Shown: in pieces, positions 28,204-38,238 of the stretch
How the letters are laid out: every line of letters begins with the position of its first letter
Numbering within the stretch: position 1 is the first letter of the stretch
DNA from: a virus
Direction: 5' to 3' (one strand)
DNA: 64,000 bases
IMG/VR virus record: IMGVR_UViG_3300049435_000061
Location: 10,530-74,529 of that record
Made by a program: the position numbers and the translations under genes
The notes under the pieces: model-generated
Database searches by the model: none
What the model saw: only the letters and a program-made list of their open reading frames with translations
Told to the model about the DNA's origin: nothing

Positions 28204-28602
28204 CTAGGACCGATCAATGTATCCCGCCACACTGTAGGTAATGCTGTTGGCATTGCCGTGTGTGACGGTGACCCGCATGACAGGTGGAAGTACGTCAGCC
28301 ACAGCGACGTTGGCGATGGTCGTGATGCCGGGCCGGACACGCAGCACTGTGGTGCCGACCGCCGTGATAGCCGCCGACGTGATGATGTCCCACGTCTTGC
28401 CGCTGATCAGGTCAACACCTTGAAGTTTGACGGTAATGCTTGGCGCAGTGACAATCGCCGTCACATCGACCACGATGATGACGCCGACCGCTTTCGCCAG
28501 GTCTTCAAACTCCATGCTGTTGGGATCAGCGGTGCGCGCCGCAGACGGCAACACTGGAAACATGTCGGCACCGGGGCCGACATATCCGGTGGTAATAGGC
28601 AT
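28204..28602 (-). CDS. putative capsid decoration protein
   Basis: small beta-sandwich-type protein after MCP. Confidence 0.5.
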   Translation of the reverse strand: MPITTGYVGPGADMFPVLPSAARTADPNSMEFEDLAKAVGVIIVVDVTAIVTAPSITVKLQGVDLISGKTWDIITSAAITAVGTTVLRVRPGITTIANVAVADVLPPVMRVTVTHGNANSITYSVAGYIDRS

Positions 28603-28606
28603 GTGC

Positions 28607-29020
28607 TTATGACCTCAGAACCGGGTGCGCATTACCGTTGCCACACACGGCTACCGCCATGTACACACCACCTGTGGTTGTGCCGGTGATGGTGGACACC
28701 AGCCGCACATATCGCTTGGTCGGCCTAGCACCCACCTGCGCCACCGTATTGCTGTTGGCAGACGTCAATGTCGGTGCGGTGCCCTGAACGCGCGACGCAT
28801 CGACGGCGGCATAACCAGAGCCGGACACATCCGATTCCTCAATGCTCAAAACATGGTTCCCATCGGTGATGGTGCCGATGGCAACAACGAACAGAACATC
28901 TTTGAACTGGTTGTTGAACTGGTTAAGGTCGACCGCCACACCGTTGACGGTGCCGTTCACTCGCGCAGTCGCACCCGTCAATGCGGGCTGGGCAAATACG
29001 TTGTTACCCGTTGTGATCAC
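28607..29020 (-). CDS. putative capsid decoration protein
   Basis: G..VD, EESD, KRYVRL pattern. Confidence 0.6.
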   Translation of the reverse strand: MITTGNNVFAQPALTGATARVNGTVNGVAVDLNQFNNQFKDVLFVVAIGTITDGNHVLSIEESDVSGSGYAAVDASRVQGTAPTLTSANSNTVAQVGARPTKRYVRLVSTITGTTTGGVYMAVAVCGNGNAHPVLRS

Positions 29021-29400
29021 TTTGCATCACCTTTCGGGGTAGCACCGTGACCGCCGTGACCGGGAAAGCTGGTCGTTTTGATTCCACCGGTCGGCTTGGT
29101 TTCTGGCTTGGTATCGGATACCGACTTGGTGTCCGATGCCGACTTCTGCTTGGACGCTGTTGACTTGGCGGTGGACACCGAACGTTTGGCGTTGGGTTCC
29201 GCCGTAGCGTCTTCGACGCCCCTGCCTGATCGCACCGCTTTTTCGGTCCTCAACCGATCCTCCAATGGCTCGAAAAAACTTTCACGGCCCTTGTAACCGG
29301 GGTCGTCACTTGAGACGAGCTTGCCCGGTGTAACGACTACGGGTACACCGCTTTCGTCGTTGTACGAGAACGCTTCACGCGCTCTGAAAATCTCTGCCAC
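29017..29400 (-). CDS. hypothetical protein after MCP
   Basis: DP..KGRE..FE, VE.ATA.P..KR. Confidence 0.65.
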   Translation of the reverse strand: MAEIFRAREAFSYNDESGVPVVVTPGKLVSSDDPGYKGRESFFEPLEDRLRTEKAVRSGRGVEDATAEPNAKRSVSTAKSTASKQKSASDTKSVSDTKPETKPTGGIKTTSFPGHGGHGATPKGDAK

Positions 29401-29429
29401 GTCACTGCCTTTCAAAGAGGTTGGTGACA

Positions 29430-29467
29430 GAACTGCGGCGCACCCCGAGGAAAGTGCGCCGCAGTTC
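29430..29467. terminator. 14-bp perfect hairpin after major capsid gene
   Basis: GAACTGCGGCGCAC-N10-GTGCGCCGCAGTTC. Confidence 0.7.
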
Positions 29468-29478
29468 CGCCCGTCTTG

Positions 29479-31101
29479 TTAGACGTTGAGCAACCGGAAG
29501 GCGTTAGCGTTGACGACGCCAGAGCCCACCCGGTAGTAGGCGAACCAACCACGCTGGCCAGTCGGTCGCCGGTTCGCACCCACCAGGTGGGGGATGAACT
29601 CGACGGCCATGCCGAGACGGTCGGTGATAACGAAGTTCTCGAAATCGCCGAACGCCAGCGCGTAGTTGGTACCGGTGACAGAGCCGGTCAGACCGGCCAT
29701 CGCCTCTGCCTCCAACGCATCGCGACCCAACAGTTGGGGCGGACGGTCGTAGGCCAGCGTGGTCCACAGACCGGCACCACCAGCGGTGTCGAACTGGCGA
29801 ATACGGTTGTAGACCAGGTTGTTGGCGAGCCACGAGGCGTTCTGCCGGAACCGTGCTGGCAGTGAACCTTGCAGCGCATACACATCCGACAGCGCGAACG
29901 TGTTGTCGACGCCTGCCGCGACGACGGTGGAACCACCAGCCGCCACCAGGGCGGTGATGAGTCCGGTCGGCTCGTTGGTGCCGGAACCAACAATGAGCTT
30001 GTTGCCTTCCAGCTCGTCTTTGCCGCCCGCCAACAGCCGTCCAACCTGCTGCGCGACGTTCTGCTCATCCATCAAAGCCTCGATGGAGATGGGCACGAAA
30101 CCGCGAGCCATGTAGTTGGGGATTGCCGGACCGGCGAACGACGGCGAGTCGTCGGAAACTTCCGTCGCCTCTGGATCGAACGACCACGACACGTTGGCCG
30201 AGGACACACCGTTCCACACGTCACCGGTCGCAATGACGGTGCGTGCTTTCTGCCGAATGTCGCTGCGAACACCGGAACTGGTGATGATCAGCGTCGGGTC
30301 CAGCTGGAAGGGCACAAGGTAACCACCTTGTGCATCCGACAGCGACATGGCACGGAACTCTTCGACCTCCGAAATTGCCCGCTGCTCATCAGGGGTGATC
30401 GAGTGCGACTTGCCGCAGGCCAGCTTGGACCAGGCCCGCAGATACGCAGGCTGCGACGTCACCAGCGCGTGGCGGGACAGACGGGCATCCTTGGTGTCGT
30501 ACTCCTCGATGATGTGGGTTGCCGCCTTGCGGATGTTGTCGCTGCAACCCTGCATCCGCTCGATGGCCGCGAGCGCACGGGAACGGTACTCACCGGCAAC
30601 AGCTCCCGGCTCGCGCCCGTAGGTGCGCATCTCGTTCATGTTCCACGGGTCCTTGTACCGCCCGTTTTCCACGCTGTCGGGTTCCAGAATCGAGTCACGG
30701 TCGAAGGTGTCGCCACCGCCGCCGCCCTTCGTGGTTCCCGGCACGATGCGAAGCCCGCGAAGCGACTGATCCACACCGTCGTCGGCACGCTCGATGCGGG
30801 CCAGCGCATGACGCCGTTCCAGCTTCTTGCGGTGCTTGTCGACGGTGTCGAACTCGTCGGTGAGCTGGCGGAAATACGACTCGTCCTCGTTGGACATCTC
30901 GTCCAACTCGGTGAGCCGCGTCAGCTCGGAACGAATGTCGTGCAGCCGATTGACGGCCTGTGAATGGGTCAGTGTGGGGCCGTCGTCGCGACTGTCATCG
31001 TCGTCGGGGGCACCACCCATCACTGGCCAAATGGGTCCGCGCTTGCCGACCCCGATAGCCCGCACCCCGGTAAACGGGTGCACTGGCAGATCGTTGCTCA
31101 T
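29479..31101 (-). CDS. major capsid protein, HK97 fold with N-terminal scaffold domain
   Basis: GGYLVP, G.G..EP.G, FGDF, R.G..V.N..AF. Confidence 0.93.
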   Translation of the reverse strand: MSNDLPVHPFTGVRAIGVGKRGPIWPVMGGAPDDDDSRDDGPTLTHSQAVNRLHDIRSELTRLTELDEMSNEDESYFRQLTDEFDTVDKHRKKLERRHALARIERADDGVDQSLRGLRIVPGTTKGGGGGDTFDRDSILEPDSVENGRYKDPWNMNEMRTYGREPGAVAGEYRSRALAAIERMQGCSDNIRKAATHIIEEYDTKDARLSRHALVTSQPAYLRAWSKLACGKSHSITPDEQRAISEVEEFRAMSLSDAQGGYLVPFQLDPTLIITSSGVRSDIRQKARTVIATGDVWNGVSSANVSWSFDPEATEVSDDSPSFAGPAIPNYMARGFVPISIEALMDEQNVAQQVGRLLAGGKDELEGNKLIVGSGTNEPTGLITALVAAGGSTVVAAGVDNTFALSDVYALQGSLPARFRQNASWLANNLVYNRIRQFDTAGGAGLWTTLAYDRPPQLLGRDALEAEAMAGLTGSVTGTNYALAFGDFENFVITDRLGMAVEFIPHLVGANRRPTGQRGWFAYYRVGSGVVNANAFRLLNV

Positions 31102-32312
31102 GTGTTTTCCTTTCTTGGATGTTCGAGCAACACGGCACGTGTACGTTGCATAACCTCCGCAATGTCGGATTGCGAAAGCTTGTGCTGTGCCGGTTCTTTC
31201 GGTTTCGACGGGTGCTCCCCGGCGCGCGACTGGTCAGGGTCACGGGTGGTTTGCGGCGCGTCGTTCTTCGTCGGTGAGTGCTTTCCGGCAGAACCTTTCG
31301 GCTCTGTGGATCGCGGCGCACCGGAAGTTTTTTCGGCAGAATTGGTTTCGTCTGCCTCGTCATCATCTGGATCATCGATGCCCATTGCTTCCAGCAAGGC
31401 ATCTGCGGTGGTCTCGGCAGCAACAAGCAGGTTGAGTGCCTGCGCCACGTCGGGTGGGAGCGTCGCAAAGTCGACGCCGGAAACCAGTTCGACAGCCTCG
31501 TCAAGCGTGGCGTCGAGTGCGCCAGCTAATGCTGCGGCGTCGTCGTCGGCGTCGGTGGCCCTGGTGTCCAACTCGCCGCCATCGTCTTTACGCTCAGCTT
31601 CGTCGGCGATAAACACCGCACGGGCCAACAGCTTCCGCTGTTGGGGGTCGTTGCGCTTCAGCCGTCCGAGATCGATGATCCGGCTGCGCACACCCACCGA
31701 TGTGTCGACGTAGGCGGGCCAGACAACCGGGCCAATCTCGGGTACCCGCACCTCCTGCAAAGTACGAATCGGCAGTTCAGCTTCCGGCACATCGCCCGAC
31801 CATGTTTCGCGCAGGACTTTCATCAACTCTTCGTCATTTTTGATCGTCTTGCCGTCGAACGTCTCCCATTTTTCCCGCACAACCTCGAAGCGAAACGACA
31901 TGCCTTTAATCGCTTGGGCCGCTATCGCATCACGCAACGGCTCGATCAACCAGTTGCGGCTCATGTTGGCAATCACATGCGCGCCGCCGTCCGGTGCCAA
32001 CTCGGGATCGACTTCCTCCCTTGCACTTACCAACTCGCCGACCGGTATCGAACCGATCAAAGGGTGACGACCGTGGTCGAACTGAACTATCGGCGGGCTT
32101 TCCCGAAACGACTTGGTCATCGATCGGTTGGCCAGCTTCTCGCGAAACACACCCTCCCAGGAGTCAATCGTGGTGAGCCGGTTGAACACTGCGCCGTAGC
32201 CGTCCAACGTCCAGCCGTCACCGGTTGCCCCGTCAGCGCTACGCAACTTGAAGGGTGCCTGCCGGACACCGGCTGCCGGTCGCTCCGCGCGACGTTCAAT
32301 TGTTGGTGGCAT
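31098..32312 (-). CDS. prohead protease (HK97 family)
   Basis: GYGAVFN, QFDHG, GMSFRF, E.GPV.WPAY. Confidence 0.9.
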   Translation of the reverse strand: MPPTIERRAERPAAGVRQAPFKLRSADGATGDGWTLDGYGAVFNRLTTIDSWEGVFREKLANRSMTKSFRESPPIVQFDHGRHPLIGSIPVGELVSAREEVDPELAPDGGAHVIANMSRNWLIEPLRDAIAAQAIKGMSFRFEVVREKWETFDGKTIKNDEELMKVLRETWSGDVPEAELPIRTLQEVRVPEIGPVVWPAYVDTSVGVRSRIIDLGRLKRNDPQQRKLLARAVFIADEAERKDDGGELDTRATDADDDAAALAGALDATLDEAVELVSGVDFATLPPDVAQALNLLVAAETTADALLEAMGIDDPDDDEADETNSAEKTSGAPRSTEPKGSAGKHSPTKNDAPQTTRDPDQSRAGEHPSKPKEPAQHKLSQSDIAEVMQRTRAVLLEHPRKENT

Positions 32313-33744
32313 TAGAGTTTCCTCCGTTGTTGTGTGCAGCATCGACCGCCGCGATGGCATCGTCTAACTGTTTCTGCTGGTCGTTTTTGCTGTTGTCACC
32401 GGGCTTGGTCAACTGCACACTGGTTAAACCGGTGTGGCTCAGCAGACGCCAATCTTGTGCGAGCACAGCGTTGACGATGCTGTCCGGCTCGTATCCGGCT
32501 GTGATCAACGTGTTGATGGTTGTGCCTTGAATCTGCTGGATGAGTGCGGCGTCTTTCTCATCTTCGCGCAGAAACGGCACATTGGTGGCGTCATACCAAA
32601 GTCGTTGTGCCGCGTCGGGAAGTTCAAGCACCGACTCTAAACTGCCAGCGGCATTCTGCCACAACGGGTGCATGGTGCCATCGGCGAAGCGGCGACGCGC
32701 TTGACTGTAGTTTGCATACGTCGCCGCTTCCAGTCCCTCCGAGAACCCCGCGATCACAGGAGGAACGCCTGCCGCCGCAGCGATGCGGGTCTCGCCACCG
32801 CCGCGAACACTTTTGAAGTCAATATCTTTCAGGTTGGTACCGACCGGAACGGGGTCGGCACCGGGTGCGAGATGCAATGTCTTGTACGCATTCTCGATGC
32901 CCTCGTGCTTGTCTTTGAACAACTCTCGGAACGCCTCAATCGTCTTGAGCTGCGTGCCGCGCTCGTATTTCACAATCATGTTGACGGTCGCGCCGTTGTC
33001 GAAAAACTTGCGCTGGTGCTTAGTCATCGCCCTGTCGGCAGCAATCTCCATGAGTATCGGTGTCAACCAGGACATCCCACGGTAGGTCGCCAATGGATCA
33101 GGGTTGGGGTGGAAGTGTGCGACCTCGGTGGTGTCGAGAAACACTGGCTCATATTGCGACCCGTAGCCGCCTTCGGTGTAGACGAACCCCAGTTTGCGCC
33201 ACCCGATGCACCCGCCACCAGCCTCACCGACGCCACCCCGGTAGGACCGTTCCGCCAGAACAATGTCAACCCAGTCGGGTCGTAGGCGTACCAGCTCGTT
33301 TGCGTCGGCGTCGTAGGTGATGTAGGCATTTCCGGCCAGGTCGGCATCCAGAATCATGCGGATCAACAAGTCTTGGGTGGTGGCGTTGGCCCACGGTCGT
33401 TGCAGTATCCGCAGCTGAGGATCGTTGGCCCAGATGTCGCTTGGCGCACCGTCAAGCATTCTCTGCCAGGTGAACCGCACGCTGGAAAACACCGACATGC
33501 GCACCAGCTCGCACGCGAAGATGGGGCCGTTCGACTTGTACGCCTGGTTGACATGGCCGACAAACGTCGGGGCTGGCGGCTCAGTGATGCGCCCGCCCAA
33601 TGTGGATTGGATTGCGGGTGCGCCCATGTTGAAGCCGTAGGCCATGCCGTTGTAGTAGAAACTGTTCAGCAGTTCCGCGTAGTCATCGACCGTTTCGATA
33701 GACCGCTGTTTCGGGAACACGCGATCCACCCAACGTGGTGCCAC
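32296..33744 (-). CDS. portal protein
   Basis: GNAY, LRPD, RG.S.L, FF.NGA, IA...GVPP. Confidence 0.92.
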   Translation of the reverse strand: MAPRWVDRVFPKQRSIETVDDYAELLNSFYYNGMAYGFNMGAPAIQSTLGGRITEPPAPTFVGHVNQAYKSNGPIFACELVRMSVFSSVRFTWQRMLDGAPSDIWANDPQLRILQRPWANATTQDLLIRMILDADLAGNAYITYDADANELVRLRPDWVDIVLAERSYRGGVGEAGGGCIGWRKLGFVYTEGGYGSQYEPVFLDTTEVAHFHPNPDPLATYRGMSWLTPILMEIAADRAMTKHQRKFFDNGATVNMIVKYERGTQLKTIEAFRELFKDKHEGIENAYKTLHLAPGADPVPVGTNLKDIDFKSVRGGGETRIAAAAGVPPVIAGFSEGLEAATYANYSQARRRFADGTMHPLWQNAAGSLESVLELPDAAQRLWYDATNVPFLREDEKDAALIQQIQGTTINTLITAGYEPDSIVNAVLAQDWRLLSHTGLTSVQLTKPGDNSKNDQQKQLDDAIAAVDAAHNNGGNSNATNN

Positions 33745-34043
33745 TAGCGCTTGACCACCCTGCCGTCGCGCCGGATCTTGCCGTGATCGTCAACCTCGTA
33801 GTGTTGTGGTGTCTTCTGCTCCCAAGGCTTGTCAGCCACCGACACACCGCGACGGCGCATCCGTGGCCTGATGGCACGCTCACGCTGCGCCGTACGGTTA
33901 GGTACGGTGCGCAGGCCTGCGGTCAACGACCGGTTCGCCACCTCACGGGGCGTCGCCAGTACACCGTCAGGGTCGAAGTTCTCCGGTATCTCAGCGCCCA
34001 TCATGTTCTTGCGCAACGTGATTCGGTTGTCTCGAAACCTCAT
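33744..34043 (-). CDS. basic hypothetical protein between terminase and portal
   Basis: abuts both neighbours. Confidence 0.55.
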   Translation of the reverse strand: MRFRDNRITLRKNMMGAEIPENFDPDGVLATPREVANRSLTAGLRTVPNRTAQRERAIRPRMRRRGVSVADKPWEQKTPQHYEVDDHGKIRRDGRVVKR

Positions 34044-35849
34044 TTACATCCACACTCCCCAAACCTCTTGATTGTCCGGCTGGTTGGCCAGCGTGCGACC
34101 CAAGCCCATGATCAGCGCAACAACGCCGTCGATCTTGTCTCCCGCATTCGCCTTGTCTGGCTTGACGTTTCCCGCCTCATCCATCGCCACTGCGAAGTTG
34201 TCAACCTGCCAACGCAGACACGGGTTGCCGCCGTGACGCACAACCGGGTGAATCGGCGCACCAGTCTTGTCGAGCCGTGAACCCATCTTGATAAGCCGCT
34301 GAGTGTCTTTGGTGGGTGCCGAAATCGACGCATAGCCTTGACGCATGGTCACCATCGGCGCACCGTCGTTGACTAAATCGTTCACCAATTCCTGTGCGTG
34401 CCAAGGGTCGTAGGCTATTTCCTGCACGTCGAAATCTTCCAAGTCTTGGTCGATTTGAGCTTTGATGAAGTGATAGTCGGTGACGTTGCCGGGCGTGGTG
34501 CGCAGCCAGCCGTTCGGTATCCATTCGGTGGATGCAGCTTTCGCCGTGCGGTCGTCCAGGTTTTCAACGTTTTCTTCCGGCGTCCAAAACCGCGCCAGTA
34601 CATCGAACCCGCCGCGATCCTCGTCGGGGAACACCCACACCAGCGCCGTGAGGTCGGAGGTGGAACCCAAGTCGAGACCGCCGTAGCAGGCTCGGCCTTT
34701 CAGCCGCTCGACGTCGACTATCGAGGCGTTGGCGTCCCACTCGTCCACGTCGATGTAGCGGAAAGCCTGCTTGGTGCGAATACCCAGGTGCAGCCGCAGA
34801 TACCGGGCGTATTCGACCGGCGACTCTTTGGCTTTCTCCGCTTCACCTTTCAGGTAGCGGATGGTGGGTGACACGCCGTAGCCGGGGTTGGCTTTCTTCA
34901 ATGTGGCCACCGAGAACGGGTTGTCGCCTTTGATCAGCTTGCCGTCCTCGTAGACCGGCTTTTCGGCAGCCCAGATCACGCCGTAGGTGGTGATGTCTTT
35001 GAGCACACCGCTGGCGATCTGCTCGACGCGGTGACGGCGGCGGTCGTATGGGGTGTTGCGTTTACCGGAGTCGGCGGTGGTGATGAACATGATGAGCGGC
35101 TGAGTGCGACTGCCAGTGCCAGTCTCTAGCGCGTCGATCAGCTCCATGTTTTTGTGCAGGTGCAACTCGTCTATCACCGCACCGTGAATGTCCGCGCCGT
35201 GCTGTGCATCACCGGCATTGGCTATCGGCTTGAAGTAGCTTCCCGAGGCGGGGTGGCTGATCTTGTATTTGTACGGCTTGAGGTAGGCGCGCAGACCGGA
35301 TTTGATAACCAGCTCGCGCATCGGCTCGAACACGAACGACGCCTGGTCTTTCTGGGTGGCAGCGGCAACCACCTGCCCGCCGTGCTCGCCGTCCGCGCCG
35401 GTCAGATACAGCGCGATACCACCGGCCAAGGTGGTCTTACCGTTTTTGCGTGGCAGATCAACGTAGAGCAGCGTTATGACGCGCACCCATTCGCCACTGT
35501 CGGGCGATTTGATAACCCAACCGGCCCACGGTGCCAGCACGTAGGCAACCTGCCAGGTGTCGGGCTCGAACACGTGCCCGGCCATGTGACCTTTGGTGTG
35601 GCGCAGCTGGCGGAAAGTGTTGATGACTTTCTCGACGCGCGCCGGATCGAACCGGACTTTGCGCGCCTCAGCGGTTTTCGTGTAGCCCGGTTCGGGTGTC
35701 TTGATCAGGGGTGGACATTTCGGCGGCATGTAGCCGTGCGACTCTAGAAAGTCAGCAACTTCCGGTGAGAGTTTTAACGCATCGAGATCGGCGTTGTCCC
35801 AAGCTTTTTCGAGTCGGGTTTTACCCCGAACCGGCGAACGGGTTGTCAT
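34044..35849 (-). CDS. terL: terminase large subunit
   Basis: PRKNGKTT, IDELH, ITTA, GLDL...DLTA, KIDG. Confidence 0.95.
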   Translation of the reverse strand: MTTRSPVRGKTRLEKAWDNADLDALKLSPEVADFLESHGYMPPKCPPLIKTPEPGYTKTAEARKVRFDPARVEKVINTFRQLRHTKGHMAGHVFEPDTWQVAYVLAPWAGWVIKSPDSGEWVRVITLLYVDLPRKNGKTTLAGGIALYLTGADGEHGGQVVAAATQKDQASFVFEPMRELVIKSGLRAYLKPYKYKISHPASGSYFKPIANAGDAQHGADIHGAVIDELHLHKNMELIDALETGTGSRTQPLIMFITTADSGKRNTPYDRRRHRVEQIASGVLKDITTYGVIWAAEKPVYEDGKLIKGDNPFSVATLKKANPGYGVSPTIRYLKGEAEKAKESPVEYARYLRLHLGIRTKQAFRYIDVDEWDANASIVDVERLKGRACYGGLDLGSTSDLTALVWVFPDEDRGGFDVLARFWTPEENVENLDDRTAKAASTEWIPNGWLRTTPGNVTDYHFIKAQIDQDLEDFDVQEIAYDPWHAQELVNDLVNDGAPMVTMRQGYASISAPTKDTQRLIKMGSRLDKTGAPIHPVVRHGGNPCLRWQVDNFAVAMDEAGNVKPDKANAGDKIDGVVALIMGLGRTLANQPDNQEVWGVWM

Positions 35850-36294
35850 TCGGCTCACCCGTACCGGCTGACGGGCCAGCAAGTTTCATCTCGGCAGCTG
35901 GCGACAAACCGAACTCGGAGCACCACGACCGGAACTCTTTCGAGGCGTTGACCTCAATGCGAACCCAAGGTGCGATCACGAAACCGTAGTTGGTTTTGCT
36001 CACCGACCCGAGACGGTGGCGCTTGTCCACTGCATCACGCCACAGCGCGTACGCCTCACACAACATTTCCAGTGAGCTGCCGTCCAGCTCTTTGAGCAGG
36101 CCGAGGCGCGGCAGCTCGTCAACGATCCGATCCCACAACTCGGATGCGTGCTTGGACAGATGTTCAGGCTTCTCCGGTGGTATTCGGATGAAAGCTGGCG
36201 GCTTCGGGATTTTGCGCCCGCCGCTGTCACGCCCCTCGCTTCGACCTTCAACGAGTTTCAGGTTGGCGTGCCGGGATTTGCGTCCGGCAGTCAT
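35821..36294 (-). CDS. terS: terminase small subunit, P27 family
   Basis: LK.VEG..GRDSGGR, P.HL...A..W, EFGLSPAA. Confidence 0.9.
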   Translation of the reverse strand: MTAGRKSRHANLKLVEGRSEGRDSGGRKIPKPPAFIRIPPEKPEHLSKHASELWDRIVDELPRLGLLKELDGSSLEMLCEAYALWRDAVDKRHRLGSVSKTNYGFVIAPWVRIEVNASKEFRSWCSEFGLSPAAEMKLAGPSAGTGEPNDNPFAGSG

Positions 36295-37385
36295 GGTGTC
36301 TCCTTTTTGGGTGGCTGATATTCAAATGATCGAACCAACAGCCGCCGTGCTTGCAGATTACTTTTAGTCATCATCGACCGCTTGCCGCTGCTCAACTTTT
36401 TCTGCCTGCCGATTTCACGAAACCGGGGCGAACGGGTGTATATACCGATCATGGCGGGATGTGCTGTGGCACTGCGGAAGCGGTAGCCCTGCTCAGACAC
36501 ATGCTGTCCAAGCCAATGAGCCAGCCGCGAGGCAATGCCCAACCCCTGGTAGTCGGGCAACACCACGACGCGGTGGCCGAACTTGATGTCTTTGACTTTC
36601 GGGTGTGGGAAGTGGAAGTAACTCACGAACCCGCACAACTCATCATCGACGGTGGCGACGAAACACTTTGCGGCAGTGTGCAGCTCGGGACTCATATAGT
36701 GGTGTCGAGCAAACACCGGCCATATTGTCTTGTCGGCCTCAAAGATTTGGTAGCGCAACCTGGGGCGGGGTTGAACCGACCTCCAAGTGAACGCCTGATG
36801 GGTGACGTCGTACACCCATTCAGGTTGCAACCAGTCGATTACATCGTAATGACAGGTCACAGCAACAAGTTTTCGTTTCGACCGCCGAATCGCTTTCTGC
36901 ACACTGTTGGATGCGATGCGCGCCACCTGGCGGTCCACCACGGATGTGAACTCGTCAATGACAATGGTCTCGTCGTCGCCGGTCTCTGCGATGGCGCGTG
37001 CCATATCGGCGCGGAACCGCTCGCCGTTGGATAGCGTGGAGTAGGGCCGCAACCAGGCAGGCACAGTGCCAAGGCCCACACCAGTCAGCAGCGCCGTAAT
37101 GTCGTGGATCGAGACATCCTTCGGGTACTGCTCGATGATGGGCCGGTCGGTCCAGTCGAACGACTCAAAAACCCGGTCACCCCAGAACTCACGTGCCATC
37201 ACAGACTTACCGGCACCGGACGCACCGACCACCAGGCCGATCTGCCAGTCCTGCTCCTCGATGGGCAGGTTGTGCTCCCATGTGGTGGACAACTTCTGGT
37301 CCAACGGCAGGTCGAACATGCCCGAGACTTGTTTGACACGCGCGCTTTTCGGCGGGTCATATTCTAGGACGATTTCAGTTTTCAT
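36291..37385 (-). CDS. ABC-type ATPase fused to GNAT acetyltransferase
   Basis: GASGAGKS, LSNGE, IDEFTS, TCH; C-terminal RVVVLPDYQGLGI. Confidence 0.85.
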   Translation of the reverse strand: MKTEIVLEYDPPKSARVKQVSGMFDLPLDQKLSTTWEHNLPIEEQDWQIGLVVGASGAGKSVMAREFWGDRVFESFDWTDRPIIEQYPKDVSIHDITALLTGVGLGTVPAWLRPYSTLSNGERFRADMARAIAETGDDETIVIDEFTSVVDRQVARIASNSVQKAIRRSKRKLVAVTCHYDVIDWLQPEWVYDVTHQAFTWRSVQPRPRLRYQIFEADKTIWPVFARHHYMSPELHTAAKCFVATVDDELCGFVSYFHFPHPKVKDIKFGHRVVVLPDYQGLGIASRLAHWLGQHVSEQGYRFRSATAHPAMIGIYTRSPRFREIGRQKKLSSGKRSMMTKSNLQARRLLVRSFEYQPPKKETP

Positions 37386-37597
37386 TGCGACATCCACCAC
37401 CGCTTGACGTCCGCAAAAAACATCGTACACAACCCGGCGTCCCACTGGGCTTTTAGCAACTCCTCGGCGGCATCCAAAACATCTGGCACTTCAGTGTTTT
37501 CGGCCAGCCACGTTGCGATCACCCCAAGGTCACGGGTTCGCACTTTAGGAGACTCCACCATCTGGGTCAAAACCTCGGCCTGGTCTGCGGCGTTCAC
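37382..37597 (-). CDS. hypothetical protein
   Basis: overlap-coupled on both sides. Confidence 0.6.
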   Translation of the reverse strand: MNAADQAEVLTQMVESPKVRTRDLGVIATWLAENTEVPDVLDAAEELLKAQWDAGLCTMFFADVKRWWMSQ

Positions 37598-38238
37598 ATC
37601 AAAGCCCTAGTCGTAAAGCCTTCGCCCTCAAGCTGGTCGATCAACGCAACCTGCTGCGCCTCGGTCTCGCACTCGACTATCACACCGAACACACGCGACT
37701 CAGCGGTGGTGTCAGCATCGCCTTCAATCACATTGTTGCCCAGAAGTTTTTCCAACTCTTCGGTGGTGTAGCCGGTGCCTTCCAAGTTGGGGATGGACGA
37801 CAGCAGCTCGCCGAGGATTTCCTCGTCGTATTTGCCTTTGTCACCGATGCGATTGTCGGCGGCGACGATTCGCGCCGCCTCGACGTCATCCACATCCACC
37901 ATGTGCACCAACGCGACCTGCCATAACTCAGGGTCCGCCTCAGCCAGTTCACGCAAAGCCATCACCGTGTGGTTTCCGGCCAACACTTCGTTTGGCCTGC
38001 CGGTTTTGCTGCCCCTGTTGACCACGACCGGCTTGTACTGGCTGTTGATCAGCAGGCTTTCCTTCAAGGCTTCCAGATCGCCTCTGCGCGGGTTCTTGTG
38101 GTAGAGCGACAGATCCGACAACGGCAGGCGTGGCGCGGGGGTGGCGAGAAACCTCTGCAAATCCTCGTTGACGCCGGTCGGCTGGCTGGCCTCGGCGATC
38201 TCGGCGGCGACCTCAGGGTCGAACTTGGCGGCTTTCAT
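37594..38238 (-). CDS. ParB/Srx-like N-terminal domain protein
   Basis: NPR.GD...KESL, P.VVN, LAGNH, ADNR. Confidence 0.85.
   Translation of the reverse strand: MKAAKFDPEVAAEIAEASQPTGVNEDLQRFLATPAPRLPLSDLSLYHKNPRRGDLEALKESLLINSQYKPVVVNRGSKTGRPNEVLAGNHTVMALRELAEADPELWQVALVHMVDVDDVEAARIVAADNRIGDKGKYDEEILGELLSSIPNLEGTGYTTEELEKLLGNNVIEGDADTTAESRVFGVIVECETEAQQVALIDQLEGEGFTTRALM

Noticed and set aside
36291-37385. ABC transporter
   Set aside because: No permease nearby and the ATPase is fused to a GNAT domain
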